A stretch of 64,000 bases of DNA from Victivallales bacterium (GTDB lineage Bacteria; Verrucomicrobiota; Lentisphaeria; Victivallales; UBA1829): the NCBI GenBank assembly GCA_045589595.1, contig JAZNPK010000010.1:3-64002 (forward strand), written 5' to 3'. The stretch's first letter is position 1. Every line of letters starts with the position of its first letter. A model generated the notes under the pieces. That model was not told where the DNA came from, made no database searches, and worked only from the letters and a program-made list of their open reading frames with translations. Both the position numbers and the translations under genes were made by a program. Positions 26,552-33,655 of this stretch are shown in pieces.

Positions 26552-27352
26552 TTAAATCGTTTCGAGATGTTTCCGCAGCTCGCTGATACGGCATCTGGAC
26601 CGGCAGGGATAGTATGGCATTTTACCGGTACTGCGGAGGATATCGGCATACCGTTCATTCAGTGTACCTCTTGCGGAGATGAACTGACCCCAGAATCCGT
26701 AATGCCACTGGATATCTGTAACGGGTTCGCTCATATTATCGAGCCACTCCTGCGGGAAATAGGACAGCCATTTTTTATTCTGGTTGAGCCATGTTCCTGT
26801 GGCGATAACGGTTGCGCCGTATTCGGTTTCAGCCTTGTCGCACAGTTGGAGCAGACAATTTTTCAGGTACTGCGGATCATCGAAGATGGAGTGCGGGGCA
26901 ACGGCGTTGGCGATATGGAAGCCCAGAGAGATCGCTTCCGGATTATCCTTGTTCGCTTCGAGATTGTGGCGCAGACTGCCGCACTGATAGCCGCGCAGAC
27001 CGCTTTTATCCAGATAATCTTTCAGCAGGCGTTTATCCAGAGAGGGGCGGAACACCTGAAATGCTTTTTCTTCAAATGCGGCTTCATCGTCTTTGTATTG
27101 TTCAAAGATTTCTTCCGCCTGTTTTTCCATTGTGAGCCACGGTTCCTCATCGAAATAGAATTCGACGGGGTTCAGCAGTCCCTTGTTCGCATGAGTTTTC
27201 CGGTAGATATCCACTCTGTTCCGGAGGGCGTTCTGAAAGGTTTCTTCCGGATGTTCTTTCAGCCAGCGGTGGAGAAAAAAGAGTTTCAGCCGGACAATGC
27301 CATGCATATATTCACGATGTTCCCCGATGGTCTTGATTTTCGGTTCTTCCAT
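26552..27352 (-). CDS. hypothetical 266-aa protein, last gene of the nrd/trxB operon
   Basis: ATG 27352 is preceded by a GAGGAG RBS immediately after the trxB stop. No family is recognised. The C-terminus carries CRSRC. Confidence 0.65.
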   Translation of the reverse strand: MEEPKIKTIGEHREYMHGIVRLKLFFLHRWLKEHPEETFQNALRNRVDIYRKTHANKGLLNPVEFYFDEEPWLTMEKQAEEIFEQYKDDEAAFEEKAFQVFRPSLDKRLLKDYLDKSGLRGYQCGSLRHNLEANKDNPEAISLGFHIANAVAPHSIFDDPQYLKNCLLQLCDKAETEYGATVIATGTWLNQNKKWLSYFPQEWLDNMSEPVTDIQWHYGFWGQFISARGTLNERYADILRSTGKMPYYPCRSRCRISELRKHLETI

Positions 27353-27366
27353 GAGTTGCTTGCTCC

Positions 27367-28302
27367 TCAAAACTGTCGTGTTGCCTCAATATATTTACAG
27401 GCGGCGAGTGCTGCCACTGCGCCGTCGCCGGTAGCTGTTGTGATCTGACGGACAAATTTGCTGCGGCAGTCACCGGCAACAAAAACGCCGGGCGTTGCGG
27501 TCAGACACTGTTCGTCGGACACGATATAGCCGTACTGGTTCAGTTCCGCCACATCGGCAAAGGGTTTGTTTTCGGGGACCTGACCGATCGCCACGAAAAT
27601 ACCGTTCACGGGGAAACGGCTGACTTCTCCGGTCTTCTGATTTTTCAGTTCCAGTGCTTCCAGATCTTCCGTTCCTTCCAGTCCGGTGACGATGGTATCG
27701 AAAATGAAACTCACATTGCTGCGCGCCTGAAGATTTTTGATCAGAGCCTCTTCGCCGGTGAGAAAACTCAAATTCTGGATCACGGTAACTTTTGTACAGG
27801 TTTCAGAGAGCAGCACCGCATCCTGCAGCGCGCTGTTGCCGCCGCCGATCACTGCCACTTCCCTGCCGGCAAAGAACGCACCGTCGCAGAGAACGCAGTA
27901 GGAAACGCCGTTGCCGGTGAGTTCCTCCTCGTTGGGCAGTCCCAGCGTCCGGTGTTTTGAGCCGGACGCGATGATGACCGCCTTTGCAAGATATTCGCCC
28001 CGTTCTGTGATAACGCTTTTCCATTCGCCGCCATCCAGAACGTTGATCACGGCATCCACATCCAGTTCAGCGCCGAGATCCAGAGCCTGATCAATGAGTT
28101 TTTCCGCCAGATCGTTTCCGCTGATGGCGGGGAACCCGGGATAATTTTCCACCAGCGGGGAATGGGTGATCTGACCGCCGAACGTATCTTTTTCGAGGAT
28201 CATAACGCTTTTTCCGGCGCGCCGTGCGTAGATCGCAGCAGTCAATCCGGCGGGACCGGCTCCTGCGATCACGATATCATACTGGGGGGTATCCGTTTCC
28301 AC
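27367..28302 (-). CDS. trxB: thioredoxin-disulfide reductase-like flavoprotein (atypical: CVLC dithiol, no HRRxxxR motif)
   Basis: Low-Mr TrxR architecture: [15 protein letters not shown] (FAD), CVLCDG redox centre, [18 protein letters not shown]. The position of E. coli HRRDGFRAE reads QNLSFLTGE. Confidence 0.85.
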   Translation of the reverse strand: [311 protein letters not shown]

Positions 28303-28307
28303 GGTTC

Positions 28308-30719
28308 TTATTCTCCTTCTTCCGTAAATTTGCGGATGTTGGAGACATTGACGATCAGATCGGTCTTTTCGCCATCCTGAATCACCAGCGTGGGCGTCTG
28401 TTTGATGCCGAGCCGTGCCACTTCATCTTTTGCATCTTCCGCGAGACGCACCTGATACTGGAATCCGGCTTTGTCGAGGAAGTGTTTTGCCATTTTGCAA
28501 TTGGGGCAGGTGCGGGTGGTGAAGAGGATCAGACCCGGATCAGATGTGGTGGAGGTGCTGCAATCTGCCGCCGGAGCCGCTTCTGCTGCGGGCGCTGCTG
28601 CTGCCGCCGGAGCGGTGTTCTTGCGGTTTTCAGGCTGCTTGTTCAACGCGATCTGGGCGTCATAGGTTTTGCGGTCGCGGAATTCCTGAGACTTGCCGTC
28701 ATTCCAGTTCTGGACCGGACGGTAGTAACCGGTGATACGGCTGTAAACTTCAGTGGTCTCACTGCATTTCGGGCAGGTGAAGACTTCACCGGCGATATAG
28801 CCGTGATTTTTGCAGACGGCGTATGTGGGGGACAGGGTGTAGTACGGCAGTTTGTAATTTTCCGCGATCTTGCGGACGAGGTTTGCCGCGCTCTTCCAAT
28901 CCGGCAGCTTTTCGCCGAGGAACGCGTGGAACACGGTACCGGACGTATAAAGCGTCTGGAGTTCATCCTGAATATCCAGTGCGGAGAAGATGTCTTCCGT
29001 GAATCCGACGGGCAGGTGGGAGCTGTTGGTGTAGTAGGGCGTTTCGCCTTCGCAGCCCGCAGTGATGATGTCGCTGAACCGTTTTTTGTCGTGTTTGGCA
29101 AGACGGTAAGCGGTGGATTCTGCCGGAGTCGCTTCCAGGTTGTACAGGTCACCGTATTTTTCCTGATAGTCGGAGAGGCGTTCCCGCATGTGGTTCAGCA
29201 CTTCCTGCGTGAATTCCTGGGCTTCCTGATGCGTCAGATCGCAACCGATCCATTTTGCGTTCAGACACGTTTCGTTCATCCCCACCAGACCGATGGTGGA
29301 GAAGTGATTGTTGAAGGTGCCGAGATAACGCTTCGTGTAGGGATAAAGACCGCCGTCCAGCAGTTTTGTGATGATGGTACGTTTGATCTTGAGAGAGCGT
29401 GCGGCAATGTCCATCAGGTGATCCAGGCGGCGGAAGAAGTCTTCCTTATTGGCAGCCAGATAGCCGATACGGGGCATATTGATCGTCACCACACCGATAC
29501 TGCCGGTGCTTTCGCCGCTGCCGAAGAAACCGCCGGATTTCTTGCGGAGTTCGCGCAGGTCGAGACGGAGACGGCAGCACATACTGCGGACATCGCTGGG
29601 TTCCATATCGCTGTTGATGTAGTTGGAGAAGTAGGGCGTACCGTACTTGGAGGTCATTTCAAACAGCAGTTTGTTGTTTTCCGTTTCGGACCAGTCAAAG
29701 TCGCGGGTGATGGAGTAGGTGGGGATTGGATACTGGAAACCGCGTCCGTTGGCGTCGCCTTCGATCATCGTTTCGATGAACGCGCGGTTGACCATGTCCA
29801 TTTCCTTTTTGCAATCTTTGTACTTGAATGGCATTTCCTTGCCGCCCACAATGGCGTTGAGTTCCGCCAGGTCGTTGGGAACTGTCCAGTCCAGCGTAAT
29901 ATTGCTGAAAGGAGCCTGTGTGCCCCAGCGGGAGGGCGTATTCACACCGAAGATGAAGGATTCAATGCACTTTTTGACCTGATCGTAGTTCAGGTTGTCC
30001 GCCTTCACAAAGGGAGCCAGATAAGTATCGAAAGAGGAAAACGCCTGTGCGCCCGCCCATTCGTTCTGCATGATGCCGAGGAAGTTCACCATCTGGTTGC
30101 AGAGCGTGGCAAGGTGTTTTGCCGGATTGGAGGTGATTTTGCCGCCGACGCCGCCCAGACCGACCTGGATCAGCTGTTTCAGAGACCAGCCCGCGCAGTA
30201 ACCGGTGAGCATGGAAAGGTCATGGATATGCAGATCGGCATTCCAATGGGCGTTGGCGATTTCATCGTCGTAACCTTCGCTCAGCCAGTAGTTTGCAGTA
30301 ATTGCGCCGGAGTTGGAAAGGATCAGACCGCCCACGGAATAAGTCACTGTGGAGTTTTCTTTGACGCGCCAGTCATTGATCTTGATGTAGTCATCCACTG
30401 TCTTTTTGTAGTCGAGGATGGAGGATTTGACATTACGCAGCTGTTCGTGCTGACGGCGGTAGATGATGTATGCTTTCGCCACATCGGCATAACCTGCCTG
30501 CACCAGCACCGCTTCCACACTGTCCTGAATGTCTTCAACTGCGATCAGACCTTCTTTGATTTTCGGTTCAAAATCTGCCGTTACTTTCAATGCCAGAAAG
30601 TCGATCACAGAGGGATGACTCTGTTTTTCCTGTGCGTCAAATGCCAGTCTGATTGCCGCCGCGATCTTGCTGATGTTGAAGTCCACGACTTTCCCGTCAC
30701 GCTTTTGTACCTGATACAT
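28308..30719 (-). CDS. nrdD: anaerobic ribonucleoside-triphosphate reductase (class III) with a C-terminal thioredoxin-fold domain
   Basis: N-terminal ATP-cone (VQKRDGKVVDFNISKI), a C-terminal Zn site (CKNHGY...CPKC) and the glycyl-radical motif SRITGYYRPV. These are followed by an Ala/Pro linker and a CPNC thioredoxin-fold domain. Confidence 0.92.
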   Translation of the reverse strand: MYQVQKRDGKVVDFNISKIAAAIRLAFDAQEKQSHPSVIDFLALKVTADFEPKIKEGLIAVEDIQDSVEAVLVQAGYADVAKAYIIYRRQHEQLRNVKSSILDYKKTVDDYIKINDWRVKENSTVTYSVGGLILSNSGAITANYWLSEGYDDEIANAHWNADLHIHDLSMLTGYCAGWSLKQLIQVGLGGVGGKITSNPAKHLATLCNQMVNFLGIMQNEWAGAQAFSSFDTYLAPFVKADNLNYDQVKKCIESFIFGVNTPSRWGTQAPFSNITLDWTVPNDLAELNAIVGGKEMPFKYKDCKKEMDMVNRAFIETMIEGDANGRGFQYPIPTYSITRDFDWSETENNKLLFEMTSKYGTPYFSNYINSDMEPSDVRSMCCRLRLDLRELRKKSGGFFGSGESTGSIGVVTINMPRIGYLAANKEDFFRRLDHLMDIAARSLKIKRTIITKLLDGGLYPYTKRYLGTFNNHFSTIGLVGMNETCLNAKWIGCDLTHQEAQEFTQEVLNHMRERLSDYQEKYGDLYNLEATPAESTAYRLAKHDKKRFSDIITAGCEGETPYYTNSSHLPVGFTEDIFSALDIQDELQTLYTSGTVFHAFLGEKLPDWKSAANLVRKIAENYKLPYYTLSPTYAVCKNHGYIAGEVFTCPKCSETTEVYSRITGYYRPVQNWNDGKSQEFRDRKTYDAQIALNKQPENRKNTAPAAAAAPAAEAAPAADCSTSTTSDPGLILFTTRTCPNCKMAKHFLDKAGFQYQVRLAEDAKDEVARLGIKQTPTLVIQDGEKTDLIVNVSNIRKFTEEGE

Positions 30720-30790
30720 AGCCTCTTTTCGTCCTTTTGTTTTTTTGGTTGTTATATGTATAGTTGTGCTTATTTTTTTCTTTTTCCGCT

Positions 30791-31507
30791 TTACATTCCG
30801 CGCAATTCCGCCGCCGGGATATACGGTTTCACTGTTTCCAGACAGGCGTGCATGAGTTCATCGCTCAACGCGCCCATATCCGGCATATCTCCCAGCAGTT
30901 CGCCGTGTTCTGTGAATTTCTGGAGAAAATAGCGGGGCGCCCCCTGCAGCCATTGTCCGACAGCCTCAAAATCTTCCGGTGTATGGAAGGGATGCGCAAC
31001 AGTGGTCCGGAATTCGTGATCGATCCTGCTGTTCCGCAGCAGTTCCACACTGTTCCGCACAGCGTCAAGGGAAAAGCCCGGAACATTCCCCACCGTTTCC
31101 GCATATTTTTCCGGCGAATTTTTTATATCCATCGCCACATAATCCGTAAGATCTGCTTCCAGCAGACGCTGCAGCCGGTCCGGAAACGAGCCGTTGGTAT
31201 CCACTTTGATCCTGTAACCGAGGTTGCGGACTGCACGGAGCATTTCAAAGATCCCGTCGCCGAGCAGCGGTTCGCCGCCGGTAAAACATACACCGTCCAG
31301 CAATCCCTGCCGCTTTTTCAGAAATGTCAGGATCTCTTCTCCGGTAAACAGACCGGATCGGTCTCCGTCCGGCAGAACAAGCATGGCGTTGTGGCAGAAC
31401 GGACAACGGAAATTACACCCGTGTGAAAACACAGTACAGGCGACCCTGCCGGGATAATCCAGCAATGTCATTTTCTGCAATCCGAACCGTTTGTTTTTCA
31501 AATCCAT
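30791..31507 (-). CDS. nrdG: anaerobic ribonucleotide reductase activating protein (radical SAM)
   Basis: Motifs DYPGRVACTVFSHGCNFRCPFCHN (CxxxCxxC) and GVCFTGGEPL. Start set at MDLKNKR (ATG 31507). Confidence 0.88.
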   Translation of the reverse strand: MDLKNKRFGLQKMTLLDYPGRVACTVFSHGCNFRCPFCHNAMLVLPDGDRSGLFTGEEILTFLKKRQGLLDGVCFTGGEPLLGDGIFEMLRAVRNLGYRIKVDTNGSFPDRLQRLLEADLTDYVAMDIKNSPEKYAETVGNVPGFSLDAVRNSVELLRNSRIDHEFRTTVAHPFHTPEDFEAVGQWLQGAPRYFLQKFTEHGELLGDMPDMGALSDELMHACLETVKPYIPAAELRGM

Positions 31508-31578
31508 GGTGTTATTTCCGCAAAGTCGTTGCTTTTCAACAGAAAACACAATTCCTGTATCCCCGTAAAAACAGAAAA

Positions 31579-31627
31579 CCACAAGATATTGTGCCGTTAA
31601 GTGGCTAATGTAACACCATTTTGTGGG
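31579..31627 (-). promoter_or_regulatory. Two candidate NrdR boxes
   Basis: CCACAAGATATTGTGC (31579-31594) and AACACCATTTTGTGGG (31612-31627). Both resemble the 16-bp palindromic NrdR box (acaCwAtATaTwgTgt). Their centres are about 33 bp apart. Confidence 0.55.
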
Positions 31628-31634
31628 ATGTCAA
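31607..31634 (-). promoter_or_regulatory. Candidate sigma70 promoter of the nrdG-nrdD-trxB operon
   Basis: On the minus strand: TTGACA (31634-31629), 16-nt spacer, TACATT (31612-31607). The distal NrdR box fills the spacer. Confidence 0.4.
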
Positions 31635-31816
31635 CAAAGAAAACGAAAAATTTTGATCAAATTTTTTCGGGATTTTTTTCATTTGCCTCTTGACACTGCG
31701 TAAGACGATGGGATTTCAAAAATCCCCCGGCTAAAAGTTCATCGCTCCGATATCAGCTGCAAACCGTTTCAAGGCGGCAACATCGTTCCGGGGATCAGCC
31801 GCAGTACATCAGCAGG

Positions 31817-33655
31817 TCATTTTTTTGCGGATGGGGCTGACGGCGAAAAATCCAGCCGTCTGACATTTTTGAAGGCATTGAATCGGGGATTGGTCAACAG
31901 CGCTTCGCCATCGATCCCCTTGATCCGGGCGTCGCGCCACGATGCGGGGAACGCTTCTTCGATCTTTGCGTCCAGCTGCAGAAGTGCAAGCCGGTTGTTC
32001 AGCTCGGATGCCACTGCCGCCGCCCCGTTTTGCTGCCGGTTGACAATGTAATAATTCCACAATGCCAACAGCGGATAAGGATCCGCCGGATACAATTCCG
32101 CTTCACGCATGAGATGATGCAGCCCCTCTTTCGTTTTCCCCTGCGACAACAGCAGTCTGCCCCGGAGAAAATGAATGTGGGCAAAATCCGGAACCGCCAT
32201 TTTATCAAAGGATTCCAGCAGCCGCAATGCCGTTTGCTGTTCCTCCTTTCTGTTGGTACAGTAACGCAGTGCCGTCTGATACCGGTAGAACGCCGTATTG
32301 TCCCACCCGTCCGCTTTCATACATTGTTCATAGTGATACCGGTTCAGGGGATCACCGGCAGCCGCCAGCCGTTCCCCTTTGCGGAAATGCCACGATGCAT
32401 AAAAATTCATACCCGCCATCACTACGCCCGCAATGATCAACGCCGCACCCGGAATACAAATGATCCGCGACCAGCGTTTTCTGTTCATTCCTGTGTGGGG
32501 CAGGGCGCGCCATAACATGCCGGTCAGCAGCAATGCCAGAACATTGCAGGGCGGGCGTTCCATGATCAGATCAAACTGACTGTGCCACGCAAAGATCAGC
32601 CACCCCGCAAGATAAATACACCACTCCGGACGCCGCACAAAACGACAGGAAAATACAGCAGGAACGATCCACAGGATCACCCATGCCGCCAATCCGGTCA
32701 ACCCCACCCCCGCCGCCATATAAAGCAAATGATTGTGAGGATGATCGATCCGGTCAGCCGCGTAAGGTTTCAGAAAATAATCCAGTGTGCGGTACGGCAG
32801 AAACGCCTGTTCAAAAGCCGCCGGACCGTGTCCCGCGACCGGCGCATCCGCAATCAGTGCGGGCGTCTGGACATAGTAAAAGATCCGGTCGTCCCGTTCA
32901 AGAAAATGCTGTACAGATGGCGTATCTTTCAGCAGAAATACCAGTACGCAGAAAAATGCACAAAGTCCGCCGGTGATCAGCAGTGCTTTTTTCCGGTTGC
33001 GGGCGAACGCAATAAACAGTACCGCACCCGTTCCGAGGAGAACCGGCAGCACCGCCAGAGTGTCGCAGACAAACAGAATGTATCCGGCGATCACTGCGCA
33101 GGGCAGGGCGATCCGCAGGAATTTCCGCCAGTTGCCCCCGGTCGCCCGATACCATGTCCATGCGGCAAAGGGCGCACCGCCCAGAATGAGCGCAGAGTTC
33201 CAGTTTTTGTTCATGGCAAGTCCGCCGATGAAAACCGTGTTCATGGCAAAACGCTCGTACAGCGACTGGATCAGCGTCAGACACCACAGCGCCGTAATGA
33301 TCCACGGCAGATATTTCCGCAATTCCCTGCGGTATAGATAGGCAAATGCCGGTATGATCAGATAGGAAAAAGATGTCGCCCCGTCTGCCGCCGGAAAATC
33401 ATGGTACGCCGTATGCCAGAGCAGCAGCGCCGCAAATGTGATGCCTGCCGCGTGAAACCACCAGGGAAAAACAGACAGTTCCCGGAACCGCCCCGGTACG
33501 AGCAGGATCGCACCGCCCGCCAACAGAGTCAGGCTTGCCGTGCTGAAACCGAAAAGGATCCACTCCGGCGCACCGATGATGAGCCGGTTCGGATAGACCA
33601 GAAACAGAGCCGCGAGAAACAGCAGCAATGGCAGTTTTTCGCGGATCGATGTCAT
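31817..33655 (-). CDS. O-antigen ligase-like (Wzy_C domain) polytopic membrane protein with C-terminal TPR repeats
   Basis: More than 10 TM segments and a periplasmic-loop motif RIDHPHNHLLYMAAGVGLTG typical of Wzy_C/WaaL/PglL proteins. The C-terminal soluble region is TPR-like. The start overlaps the kinase stop by 4 nt. Confidence 0.75.
   Translation of the reverse strand: MTSIREKLPLLLFLAALFLVYPNRLIIGAPEWILFGFSTASLTLLAGGAILLVPGRFRELSVFPWWFHAAGITFAALLLWHTAYHDFPAADGATSFSYLIIPAFAYLYRRELRKYLPWIITALWCLTLIQSLYERFAMNTVFIGGLAMNKNWNSALILGGAPFAAWTWYRATGGNWRKFLRIALPCAVIAGYILFVCDTLAVLPVLLGTGAVLFIAFARNRKKALLITGGLCAFFCVLVFLLKDTPSVQHFLERDDRIFYYVQTPALIADAPVAGHGPAAFEQAFLPYRTLDYFLKPYAADRIDHPHNHLLYMAAGVGLTGLAAWVILWIVPAVFSCRFVRRPEWCIYLAGWLIFAWHSQFDLIMERPPCNVLALLLTGMLWRALPHTGMNRKRWSRIICIPGAALIIAGVVMAGMNFYASWHFRKGERLAAAGDPLNRYHYEQCMKADGWDNTAFYRYQTALRYCTNRKEEQQTALRLLESFDKMAVPDFAHIHFLRGRLLLSQGKTKEGLHHLMREAELYPADPYPLLALWNYYIVNRQQNGAAAVASELNNRLALLQLDAKIEEAFPASWRDARIKGIDGEALLTNPRFNAFKNVRRLDFSPSAPSAKK

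Noticed and set aside
26225-27448. 407-aa plus-strand ORF spanning the guaB start, element E and the orf266 region
   Set aside because: It reads straight through a 168-nt palindrome and two real gene boundaries. Its Arg/Ala/Pro-rich translation is typical of out-of-frame GC-rich sequence. The same reasoning applies to 17776-18915, 2310-2693 and 7848-8108, which cross elements C, A and B.
28224-30932. 902-aa plus-strand ORF, the longest in its region
   Set aside because: It is exactly codon-aligned antisense to nrdD, which has unmistakable class III RNR motifs. Its translation is low-complexity and rich in Arg, Gly, Val and Phe with no motifs. It also runs through intergenic gaps.
31644-31669. 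AT-rich palindrome as a canonical FNR/CRP site
   Set aside because: The core reads TTTTGATCAAA, with half-sites abutting. It does not match TTGAT-N4-ATCAA (FNR) or TGTGA-N6-TCACA (CRP). It is kept only as an unassigned candidate operator.
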